36,109 nt of DNA from an uncultured virus (IMG/VR IMGVR_UViG_3300031659_000001) (IMGVR_UViG_3300031659_000001); one strand, 5' to 3'. Positions 27,919 to 36,109 are shown, counted from the first letter of the stretch. Numbers and translations are program-made. The notes: generated by a model not told the origin, from the sequence alone.

Positions 27919-30213
27919 TTACCACCACTCTTGGGGGGTTGCCCCGTCGGCTGTCAGTTCTCGCCAGCCCATAGCCTCGAAAATGAGACTGACCGGAGCG
28001 ATTATCTGTTTCTGTATAACCGTTGTGTAATCAATGTCAAGGGCTTCGAGTTCTTCATCTGTTCGGAACGCCTCGATCCCTCTTGTAGTATAGACATGGG
28101 GGACACCATCACCCTTCTCAAAGCGGTTGTCGGGGTTGCGGCGGTTGTAGTCTTTAGCGGCTCCTTGAAACCCACCTTGTTGTCCATATGATTCGGCCTT
28201 CTTACCGAGCCTAGATCTCATAACAAGAGACTCTCGCTTCACTAAAGTTCGCACAGCCCTTATCCAATTATTCATCATGTCCCTTATGTCTTCCTCCGTG
28301 GCATTTTCACGACATAGTGATTCAAAGGCTGTTTCTTGAATGTGTTTAGTGAGCCATGCGGCATTTGACTTCTTCATCTCAAAGCCAGTGCAGTGGAGTG
28401 CTTCTCTCGGCCAAGTGACCCAGCCAAAGTTTCTGTTCTTTTTGGCGGCAACCCATGACGACATCAGTTTCTCATATTCAACGACGAAACGCTCGGAGTC
28501 GAACTCCTTCTGTATCTTTCGTGTCAAAGCGTCGGCAATCTCTTCACCGTCGTCATCGCCAATTCCTATGTATGCACTGTCGGTGTGTCCTGCGAGTGGC
28601 TCGTAGCCCATCTCTTCGCACACATCCATGAGTCGTGAAACCAATGAACGCCCGACATAGGTGATAGTGGCGGCAACGGTTCTGTGTGCTTCACCATGAC
28701 CTGTGTGTCCCATGAGGCCATAGACCGATGCGGCGGCTCTCTTGAATGCTAATTGTAGTGTGTTGAAGCCAGCATGTTCCGAAGTTCCTGCTTCGTGCTT
28801 CTTCATCTCGGCCTTAGCGGCGTTGCGAGCATCAGCAAGATCCATCTGCAATTGTGGCAATACCCCTATGCTCTCTTGACTCCAAAATGTCCCGTTGCCA
28901 ACAGCACGGATATTCTCTCCCGCTTCGTGACGAAGCATTTCGGGACTGATATTGTCAGCACGCTGGATTTCAGCATACATGGCACGGTAATCGAAGACGG
29001 CTACATTGTTATGGCGGCCAGTCTTTGGCTCGGCCACGAAACCACCACCGTATGAATCTCCTTTTCCTTTGTTGTATAATCCTGTTGGCGAAGCCCACGA
29101 AGCCCTACGGCGTAGTAAGCCCCTTGCGAACCGACTTACGGTGAACACGGAACCAAATGAAACCCCACACACACGCTGTAAAGCCATGAAGAATCGGGTG
29201 ACATGGTATTCCCTGTCGAGTCGATCAGTGAGTATAACATCGGCTCTATGGTATTTCAAGAAGTCATCGAAGTGATTCAACCATAGATCGTGGTGAGTAA
29301 TCCCATTAGTGTCTATTTTCCACAGTTCGGGACTATCGGGGAATGCTACCTTTCCAACAGCACCAAGTCGGCGGTCGGACAATTGGCCGTTGCCACTGTC
29401 TCTCCACACACGCTCAAAGCCGTGGTTCCTGTCTGCCAAATCAACAGTCATTCGACCCGGTATTACTTGAGAACCATCCTCATAAACCCCACTTCGTGGG
29501 AGGTGGGTCATTGGCGGCGAACTGCTGACATCACTAAGAGGCGACATCCAATCGAAGCCAATGTAGTGGTGCTTGTAGCGTTCATACATTTTCGGCCAGT
29601 CGGCACGGTTGCCCGACCATGTAGTAATGAGGTCGGGATCCAGCGTTTTGAACGCATCGGCAAATGACAATAGCATCTCCCTCTCGGAACGAAATGCACC
29701 TAATCCTTCATGTGTCGGGTGCCAAGACCACTGTCGAACTACCTCACCGTCTGTGGTGAAGCCCATAGCGGTGAGTTCACCCTCTTCATTCCATTCAAGG
29801 TCAAAGCCACCAGCCCGAACCATGTTCGGAAACCAGTCGGGCATGTCCTTTGGATTGATATTGTCAATAGCAAAGCGGTCGGGAAAGTGAATGTCAGCCT
29901 CCCATGTTTCGTCGCAAAGGTCACGCATACCTTTCACAGAACTGGGTGATGGAGCAACAATAGAAAGTAGTTCACGGCCTTCGGGTAATTCCTCGGTCGG
30001 GAGAGATATACTGGTCTTCTCACCAGCATACCATCCACGGAAGCGTTCATCGAACATTTCCGTAATTCGTGACATGTCACTGTCGGCGGCGACATAGAAG
30101 TAAGGTCGGTAATCCGACACATAGTTCTCCATCACATTCCCGTCTTCATCACGGTAGCGAAGGTAGATCGATGGACATTCCTGTTCGTCTGTTTCGTAAG
30201 TGGCAATAATCAT
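27919..30213 (-). CDS. polB: Family B DNA polymerase with a proofreading domain
   Basis: ExoI FDLE, ExoII WSGNRADW, ExoIII YHRAD, YGGG. Polymerase motifs A FDYRAMY, B KRAAASVYG, C AGHTDS, then KKNR and GFEMKK. Confidence 0.92.
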   Translation of the reverse strand: MIIATYETDEQECPSIYLRYRDEDGNVMENYVSDYRPYFYVAADSDMSRITEMFDERFRGWYAGEKTSISLPTEELPEGRELLSIVAPSPSSVKGMRDLCDETWEADIHFPDRFAIDNINPKDMPDWFPNMVRAGGFDLEWNEEGELTAMGFTTDGEVVRQWSWHPTHEGLGAFRSEREMLLSFADAFKTLDPDLITTWSGNRADWPKMYERYKHHYIGFDWMSPLSDVSSSPPMTHLPRSGVYEDGSQVIPGRMTVDLADRNHGFERVWRDSGNGQLSDRRLGAVGKVAFPDSPELWKIDTNGITHHDLWLNHFDDFLKYHRADVILTDRLDREYHVTRFFMALQRVCGVSFGSVFTVSRFARGLLRRRASWASPTGLYNKGKGDSYGGGFVAEPKTGRHNNVAVFDYRAMYAEIQRADNISPEMLRHEAGENIRAVGNGTFWSQESIGVLPQLQMDLADARNAAKAEMKKHEAGTSEHAGFNTLQLAFKRAAASVYGLMGHTGHGEAHRTVAATITYVGRSLVSRLMDVCEEMGYEPLAGHTDSAYIGIGDDDGEEIADALTRKIQKEFDSERFVVEYEKLMSSWVAAKKNRNFGWVTWPREALHCTGFEMKKSNAAWLTKHIQETAFESLCRENATEEDIRDMMNNWIRAVRTLVKRESLVMRSRLGKKAESYGQQGGFQGAAKDYNRRNPDNRFEKGDGVPHVYTTRGIEAFRTDEELEALDIDYTTVIQKQIIAPVSLIFEAMGWRELTADGATPQEWW

Positions 30214-31007
30214 TGAGAACCCTCGGCTTCTTCTTGCCGGGGTGCAATAACTGTGTGCGTTCCAAAATCACCATCGGGTGATTCGTGGCGTATTAGCAGG
30301 GGGCTGTCGTTGCCTCCGTGCAAGTGGATTGTCCCATTTCCCGGCATAGCCTTGAGAGCATCCATAAGCCACTTTCCAAACCAATTTAGAGTAATGTCGT
30401 CTTCATCAGCGACACTGCTCTCTTGGGGTTCAAGTGTAGATTCCATGCGTATTTGATCACGCTTGACACTTAGTGTCAAACCAGCGACATTCGCTTCAAG
30501 GCAATAGAGCGCACCGCTTTGGATGGCCTTACCTGTATTGCGTAATTGCTGGAACTCCGATGAATCGAAGGCCATATGAAAACCAAAATTAGCCGAACCA
30601 AAAGCCATCCAATCGGATGCTTCACTTTCCTCAATCATGGCTACAACAGCCGAAACACCAGCCTGTGATGAAGCAGTGTTCACTGTTGGCATAGAGAACT
30701 TTGCATTAGAACCAATGACTTGGATCATGTTATCCTCACTTACCTGTAATTCCACTTCTTCGTTTCCTGCACCGCATTCGCTGATGAGGGATGTAAAGGT
30801 CTTCAATTGTCCCAGTGGTATTTCGCCTTCTACGAGGCATTCTTCGCCCTCACGGTAGTTTGTCCACCGTGTGATGAAGTAAGCCTTCTCAAGCGTTCCT
30901 GCCGCAACAAGACCCTCTTCCGTGACAGTGACGACTAAATCGTCCATGCCGTCGAAAGCCTTGAGGAAACCGAGCAGGTTGTGTTGAAGCATACGGAACC
31001 CACTCAA
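30210..31007 (-). CDS. pcna: PCNA-like sliding clamp
   Basis: 265 aa, acidic. C-terminal WLMDALK...SPLLIR...VIAPR matches the PCNA end. Adjacent to polB. TTG start overlaps the upstream stop. Confidence 0.75.
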   Translation of the reverse strand: MSGFRMLQHNLLGFLKAFDGMDDLVVTVTEEGLVAAGTLEKAYFITRWTNYREGEECLVEGEIPLGQLKTFTSLISECGAGNEEVELQVSEDNMIQVIGSNAKFSMPTVNTASSQAGVSAVVAMIEESEASDWMAFGSANFGFHMAFDSSEFQQLRNTGKAIQSGALYCLEANVAGLTLSVKRDQIRMESTLEPQESSVADEDDITLNWFGKWLMDALKAMPGNGTIHLHGGNDSPLLIRHESPDGDFGTHTVIAPRQEEAEGSQ

Positions 31008-31306
31008 GAGTAATCCCTCCTTGAAGGGTTTAGTTCACTTGAATACTGTTGGGTCAATTGGTTCACCATCATTTCCTTTTGCATAGTAATATGATTCAAT
31101 GCGTCTTCAACAGGGATCATGATAGCGTCGGGTAATTCGTCGCAAAGGATAGTAATAACCGTGTGTTCGCTCACGGAGAAAATACCTTCGTCGTTCTTGA
31201 CTACCCAAAAGGATGAGAACGGGCCAGTGGCAATAACCCACTCGCCTGTCACCGTCTTGGTTTCCTTACCACCTATGGTATAGTTAATCGTCATTTGCAC
31301 CATCAT
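31004..31306 (-). CDS. Hypothetical protein
   Basis: 100 aa, coupled at both ends, GGAGG RBS. Confidence 0.65.
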   Translation of the reverse strand: MMVQMTINYTIGGKETKTVTGEWVIATGPFSSFWVVKNDEGIFSVSEHTVITILCDELPDAIMIPVEDALNHITMQKEMMVNQLTQQYSSELNPSRRDYS

Positions 31307-32514
31307 TCATCGCCTCCTGTCACTGTGAAGTCGCCTTCTTTAATACCCGGCCATCCGTGCCAAACGCCACCGTCGTCGTTTCGCTCAAAGAGCATAACAC
31401 GACCCGACGATTGGAGAGAAGTTCGATCTGCAACGATGACAGCGTAGCCACGGACAACGCCCGTCATTTCGCCACTCTCGTTGCGTTCCTCTTCGAGTTC
31501 AGTATAGATAACTTGTTGAAGGTGTCCTTCGGTGTCCTTAAGCCACTTCGGTGTGTCCTGTCCTGCAAGTTCGTTTCCGTTCTTGTCATAACCCGGTTTC
31601 ATGTGAGTAATGATGTAGCAGTGGACTCCACCACGACATAGTTCACGCATGGCAACCATAGCAGTTTGATAGCGAGTAGCACGGATGTTCCAATTGAAGC
31701 GACCAATTTGCGTGGTTGTCTTCTTACCGGAAACAGCGATACCATCGACACCCAGATCCAAGTCATCTACCTTCATACAGGTTTCAGTGATATGTAGCCA
31801 ATGGTCTGCTCCATCGAACACCACAGTCTTTAGGTATGGTTTAGGCATTTTGCCATGTTCAGCGAAGTATTCAGCCTGTGCTTCCATTTGGGATTTAGCA
31901 GTTTTGAGAATATCAATGGTCTGTTGGAATGTAGCAGGGAAGTCATAAGGAACACGACTCTCACCGTAATTGAAGACCCAAGGGTTGAGGATAACCATGT
32001 TTTCGGCCTTATCCGAATGGTGAGCCGCCTTTGTTGTCTCTCCACCAAGATCGAAATCAATGTGCCAAATCTCGGCACCGGCTTTCACTTCTTGTGGGGT
32101 GAGGCTGTCAAGCACCATACCAGTCTTTCCTGTCTTTGGATGTCCAGCGATTCCGCACATGACGAATGCCTGTGGGGTATTCATCGGTTGGCGAGCATTA
32201 GCAATCATGGTAGCGATTGTTGGATTGACCCGTGATAGGTGACTCTCCGTATGGGCACGATTCACCTTGTTGTTGTTTGGCTTACTCTTCACCTTTGGTG
32301 GTGAAGGAGAAGGCTCATCGACAGGTGGTTCCTCGTCGAGCGATTGTTCGTGTTCAACGGAGGGGGTGTCGGGAGGAATGAATTGTTCTCTTTCCTCTTT
32401 CGTGGCAGGGCGTGGTGCCGCCGCCGCCTTCTTCGATCCAGCCGTCTTGGTTGGTGGTTCGTAGTTTCCTTTCTTTTCCTTAAAGCCGTCCAAAAATCCT
32501 GTTCCTGCCATCAT
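31303..32514 (-). CDS. RecA-superfamily ATPase (Sak4/RadA-like recombinase) with a disordered Pro-rich N-terminus
   Basis: Walker A GHPKTGKT, HIDFD, Walker B VVFDG, IITH. GGAGGTGA RBS. Confidence 0.75.
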   Translation of the reverse strand: MMAGTGFLDGFKEKKGNYEPPTKTAGSKKAAAAPRPATKEEREQFIPPDTPSVEHEQSLDEEPPVDEPSPSPPKVKSKPNNNKVNRAHTESHLSRVNPTIATMIANARQPMNTPQAFVMCGIAGHPKTGKTGMVLDSLTPQEVKAGAEIWHIDFDLGGETTKAAHHSDKAENMVILNPWVFNYGESRVPYDFPATFQQTIDILKTAKSQMEAQAEYFAEHGKMPKPYLKTVVFDGADHWLHITETCMKVDDLDLGVDGIAVSGKKTTTQIGRFNWNIRATRYQTAMVAMRELCRGGVHCYIITHMKPGYDKNGNELAGQDTPKWLKDTEGHLQQVIYTELEEERNESGEMTGVVRGYAVIVADRTSLQSSGRVMLFERNDDGGVWHGWPGIKEGDFTVTGGDE

Positions 32515-33851
32515 TCATCACCTCCGACACCGAAGCCATTGAGGTTGCCAAGATCGTTACTTGACTCGCTCGGCTTGCGTGCTGGAATAGACTTGTGTGG
32601 AACTGCATAGATACCGTGTGCTTGAACCTTGACGACTTCATCGCCGTCTTGGTTGGTATAGGACTCGGTTCGACCGACGACCCAAACACGGGAACCCTTT
32701 GCGTATGGTAGCCATTCGCCGCCCTTGAGAACGGAGAGAGCATTATGAGCCTCCTTCACTTGTCCGGCAACGCCAATACCAATGCGAGCATTTGGATCTT
32801 CACGGCGAAGAACCTGTGTGCTGATGGATAGCCAGTAGTCACGGCCTGTGGTGTCCCACTGGGACTCACGGCCTTCATGGTTAATGTCCATGACACCACC
32901 AACAATACAGACCATAGGGCCATCATAGCGTTGAATACCGTTGCGGTCAGTGTATGACTCACGGCGGTTGTCGAGATGGTGAGAGAGCAAATCCTTCAAA
33001 TTAACAGCACAGTCACCAGTAGTAGTGAGGTATTGTTCGGGATTGAACAGGCCAACACATGTGTCTCGCTTCTTACCTTCGGGAACCCAGTCAAGACCAT
33101 AGGTGGACTTTGTGTTGCTCACCGATAGAGTAGGGCCAGCACCGTTGTAGCCTTCTGCATCGAACTTTCCTTTGATGGAAATTGGTTGCCAAAGGTTCCA
33201 GTCGTGTGTAGCACCTTCAAAAGCACCTTCAACAGTAATCATAATCGGGCCTTCGTCAAGGAACTTGTCCTTGGCGTTGCCGTGGAAAGCCCAAAGAGAC
33301 TTCATAGCGGTAGCACGCTGTGGAGTGTTGTCACCCTTGAGCATACAGATCGATAGTTTCTCGTTGAGAGGAATAACCCAGTCGGGTGATGAGTCGGATG
33401 TGTCCTTTGACACAAATGTCCCACTACCGTGTTCGGCTCGCCATACGCCTTCGGAGGTGTAAGCACGGCCAATACCGACTTTGTTACCGTTGTAATTGAA
33501 TCCGTTTTTGATAGCACCTGTAAGGTCGGAAGTAGCGAAGTCGATAGCCGACTCACGCTTGCGCTTCATCAAGTCAAAGCGTCGGTCGAAGCCGATGAAC
33601 ATACCAACCCACTCTTCGCCAGATCCGCCGCCGCCACCGCCACTTGGGCGATTAGCACATACATACATGTCAGCAAAGTCGTTAAAATCATCAGCATCCA
33701 AGCCCTGTGCTGAATTACCAGCCAGTTCCCACATGTCGGTGAAGGTTTCGTTCATCCACGCACCAAAAGAGGCTAATGCCTCTTCTACCCCTATTCCAAG
33801 TATTTTAGCCGCTTCGCTTATGCAATCATTTCCAATTTGTCTTTCGCTCAT
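32511..33851 (-). CDS. Putative RPA/SSB-like OB-fold single-stranded DNA-binding protein
   Basis: OB-like C-terminus YAKGSRVWVVGRT...VKVQAHGIYA with an acidic tail. Lies between the clamp loader and the recombinase. Start moved to the ATG at 33851 after GAGGGTGA. Confidence 0.55.
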   Translation of the reverse strand: MSERQIGNDCISEAAKILGIGVEEALASFGAWMNETFTDMWELAGNSAQGLDADDFNDFADMYVCANRPSGGGGGGSGEEWVGMFIGFDRRFDLMKRKRESAIDFATSDLTGAIKNGFNYNGNKVGIGRAYTSEGVWRAEHGSGTFVSKDTSDSSPDWVIPLNEKLSICMLKGDNTPQRATAMKSLWAFHGNAKDKFLDEGPIMITVEGAFEGATHDWNLWQPISIKGKFDAEGYNGAGPTLSVSNTKSTYGLDWVPEGKKRDTCVGLFNPEQYLTTTGDCAVNLKDLLSHHLDNRRESYTDRNGIQRYDGPMVCIVGGVMDINHEGRESQWDTTGRDYWLSISTQVLRREDPNARIGIGVAGQVKEAHNALSVLKGGEWLPYAKGSRVWVVGRTESYTNQDGDEVVKVQAHGIYAVPHKSIPARKPSESSNDLGNLNGFGVGGDE

Positions 33852-33856
33852 ATATT

Positions 33857-34873
33857 TCACCCTCTTTGTTCATAATCCCCAATCATAGCATGGAGGAATA
33901 GGAGATCGCTCGCTGTCCAGTCGGGGCTTCTTGCCGCCCACTGTCCGAGGATCATGAGATGCTTACATGCAACCAAGTAAGTTATCTCATTGTCTTTGTA
34001 ATTTTGAAGGATGGCTTCATGCAATCCTTCTATGCACTCGTCACGGTTTATGCCGAGAGTATTGATGAGTTCGGAGGCAACGGTAATTGTCGCCTCGGTA
34101 GTAAGCATATCCGTATAAAGTGCGAAAATAGGCGACATATCAACGGCTATGAGACGAAGTAGTGCGTCGGGGTCTTCGGGATTGCATGTTTGCATAGCCT
34201 TCAAACAAGCACGCATATCGCCTTTGTATTTTGCGACGAACTGCTGGACATTCTCACTCCACTGTGTAGGAAATCCTTCTTCCTCTATTATACGGACAAT
34301 GAAACCAACGGCGTCATCATCCCCAAGAGGGCTGAATGAGTATGCTGGTAGTCTTGAACGGAGAGCAGGTATAATGCGACCAATACGGTTGCATGTGAGA
34401 ATCCAAAGGACATGTGAACCAGTCTGTTCGATCAATTGGCGCATGGCGTCTTGAGCGTCCTTGGTGAGTCCGTCGGCTTCATCCAGCACTATCACTTTGA
34501 AATCGTGGCCTACTGCCTTCTGTTCAGCCAAAGGCTTGAGGCGGGTTCTTACGAACTGTATGCCTCTCTCGTCGGAGGCGTTGAACTCATGGAAATTGTT
34601 ATCGAAACCAGATCCGAGCATATCCTTAGCAATAGCCCTTGCTCCACTGGTCTTACCAGTGCCCGGTTTCCCATAGAATATGACTCCCCCACACCTTAAT
34701 TGATGCTTGTTCTGTGAATGGACTACCCATGAAGGCACATCGTCCTTCAATTGCTCAAGCCCAACCATTCCTTGTAGGGTGTCGGGGCGGTGGGTCATCC
34801 ATAATTGAGTCATCATTACACTTCCGTGGGATTCATGCCAATAGGGGGTTGGGTATATAGGTTGGGGTGTCAT
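33857..34873 (-). CDS. rfcS: Replication factor C small subunit (clamp loader ATPase)
   Basis: W..HRP, YGKPGTGKTS, EFNASDERGI, IVLDEAD, LRSR, GDMR. Start moved to 34873 (ATGA coupling). Confidence 0.92.
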   Translation of the reverse strand: MTPQPIYPTPYWHESHGSVMMTQLWMTHRPDTLQGMVGLEQLKDDVPSWVVHSQNKHQLRCGGVIFYGKPGTGKTSGARAIAKDMLGSGFDNNFHEFNASDERGIQFVRTRLKPLAEQKAVGHDFKVIVLDEADGLTKDAQDAMRQLIEQTGSHVLWILTCNRIGRIIPALRSRLPAYSFSPLGDDDAVGFIVRIIEEEGFPTQWSENVQQFVAKYKGDMRACLKAMQTCNPEDPDALLRLIAVDMSPIFALYTDMLTTEATITVASELINTLGINRDECIEGLHEAILQNYKDNEITYLVACKHLMILGQWAARSPDWTASDLLFLHAMIGDYEQRG

Positions 34874-35442
34874 CGACTCGACCCCCAATCTTCAATGGAC
34901 AGGCTCTTAGTAGCCTGTTTAGGGGTCGGTTTTAGTAGCGTTGCTTTATCATGGATGATGAAATCCCAATCGCTGTCTAAAAGGTGTGGTAAGACCGCCC
35001 GAACATTCTCTTCACGGGCTACAATTCTCTCAAACCAATTCTGTTCACTTGGTCGCAATCCGAACACAGCAAGTAGGCGGTTCGGCACAGGCTTTGGGGC
35101 TTTGTTTGGAAAGGTAATGCGACGGCGACCGGAACCATCCTTTGAAAGTGCCAGCAGGGAATACATAATACCAAAACTCTCCTTCTGTAATAGTTCACGG
35201 GCGGCAAACATCACGGTTGGATCGTTGGGGCATGTGGCATTCATAACATCAAGCATGAATGCGTGGTGTGTGGAGGCGGTTTCCAAAGCATCTCTTACAT
35301 GGAGGCGGTCGTAGTCGTTCAACCACTTTCGCATGGCATCAAACAGTGATACCTTCTTCTCATCGAAAATAATATCCTCGGCGTTTGGGCATACATCGAA
35401 CCAGTCGTTCGTGTCAAGTGCCTCGTCTTCAAACAGATTCAT
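34870..35442 (-). CDS. Hypothetical helical protein, candidate non-ATPase second clamp-loader subunit
   Basis: 190 aa, coupled to rfcS, no Walker motifs. C-terminal QATKSLSIEDW is PIP-like. Confidence 0.5.
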   Translation of the reverse strand: MNLFEDEALDTNDWFDVCPNAEDIIFDEKKVSLFDAMRKWLNDYDRLHVRDALETASTHHAFMLDVMNATCPNDPTVMFAARELLQKESFGIMYSLLALSKDGSGRRRITFPNKAPKPVPNRLLAVFGLRPSEQNWFERIVAREENVRAVLPHLLDSDWDFIIHDKATLLKPTPKQATKSLSIEDWGSSR

Positions 35443-35804
35443 TCAATCACCTCTAATTTATCTAATATCTCCAACACGCCAGCATGTGTAGTCGCTTCGG
35501 GAAGACTACCGACATGAGCCGAGACGGCTAAAAAACCTTCCGGATCCTTAGTGAAATGGATGAACGGCTTCATCAGCCTCAAAAGCCGTGTCAAATGATG
35601 GGCTTTAGTGTATCGCTGTTGAACGGGCAACCCGTTCTCGATCAGGAATGCGCTCACTTGCGCTGGAATAGTTCTACGGCCAAAGAGGTCGCATTCGGGT
35701 CTTATGTCATACCCAGTTTGGTTCTTCGTGGTGAGGCGTGAAGCAATACGGAACCTAATGTTGTGTGCTACCAGTAGTATAGTGATGTCCTCTTCTTCAA
35801 GCAT
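35439..35804 (-). CDS. Hypothetical protein, possibly a degenerate LAGLIDADG fold
   Basis: Start moved to 35804 (AGGTGA RBS). RFRIASRLTTKNQTGYDIRPECDLF resembles the LAGLIDADG beta-hairpin, but there is no catalytic motif. Confidence 0.5.
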   Translation of the reverse strand: MLEEEDITILLVAHNIRFRIASRLTTKNQTGYDIRPECDLFGRRTIPAQVSAFLIENGLPVQQRYTKAHHLTRLLRLMKPFIHFTKDPEGFLAVSAHVGSLPEATTHAGVLEILDKLEVIE

Positions 35805-36108
35805 CGTCTTCACCTACCAAATACTCTACATCCTCGACAGGGACTACATCGGACAACCCTGCGGTTGGTGCCAAATCAGTGATGACTCCTTGAATGTGTA
35901 TGCCACGGTCGTCATAGTCAGCGAAGTGGATCTCAACCTCAACAAAGGTTGGTGCTTTCATATCCACCCGTGACCCTTCAACGGCCTTTGCTTCTCCTGT
36001 CATTCGTGCTAAACGCTTCTCTATGTGATGCTCGGCAGTAATAGTTCCTACCTCATAATAACCGTCAATGCCATCACGGGCGGCTACGCACCAGCCGTTC
36101 AACACCAA
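35797..36108 (-). CDS. C-terminal OB domain of an ATP-dependent DNA ligase-like protein (truncated by the window edge)
   Basis: VAARDG...YYEVGTI...PTFVEVEI pattern and position in the replication block. The canonical RFP and RxDK motifs are absent. Confidence 0.5.
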   Translation of the reverse strand: MVLNGWCVAARDGIDGYYEVGTITAEHHIEKRLARMTGEAKAVEGSRVDMKAPTFVEVEIHFADYDDRGIHIQGVITDLAPTAGLSDVVPVEDVEYLVGEDDA

Positions 36109-36109
36109 G

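Noticed and set aside
21777..34873. Inteins or introns in PolB, helicase, RFC or primase
   Set aside because: Protein lengths are compact, motif spacing is normal and no intein splice-junction blocks were seen.
34805..35314. 169-aa plus-strand ORF and other plus-strand ORFs across the replication block
   Set aside because: Antisense to well-supported, translationally coupled minus-strand genes.
1..36109. tRNA/rRNA genes, integrase, or a cellular chromosome origin for the window
   Set aside because: Almost no intergenic space, and no cloverleaf or recombinase was recognised. Tail genes plus a compact replisome indicate a virus.

Overview
This window is a 36-kb piece of a tailed dsDNA archaeal virus genome. 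Gene content and order fit a Marine Group II (Poseidoniales) 'magrovirus'-type virus, which is an inference from protein families without a database search. Two gene blocks converge at about 21,010. The + strand (1-21,012) holds a tail/baseplate module with LamG proteins and giant 1675-aa and 3194-aa proteins, several small ORFs and a Dam-family (D12) adenine methyltransferase. The - strand (21,009-36,109) holds a tightly coupled archaeal-type replication block: ligase OB fragment, clamp loader, RPA-like protein, Sak4/RadA-like ATPase, PCNA, PolB, PAPS-reductase-family protein, Cas4-like nuclease, fused PriS-PriL primase, ERCC4 nuclease, AAA+ helicase, a degenerate exonuclease and several Zn-finger microproteins. 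The strongest sequence-level signals are: (1) near-total avoidance of many restriction-like motifs, with YCWGR and CTAG seen only where they overlap GATC; (2) nested 'Russian-doll' repeat modules in the giant tail protein; (3) a PolB with deviant catalytic motifs, next to a PAPS-reductase-like enzyme that shares its C-terminal motif; (4) a CAATTG palindrome cluster directly after the primase. All motif scans were done by eye. No tRNA, rRNA or CRISPR array was found.
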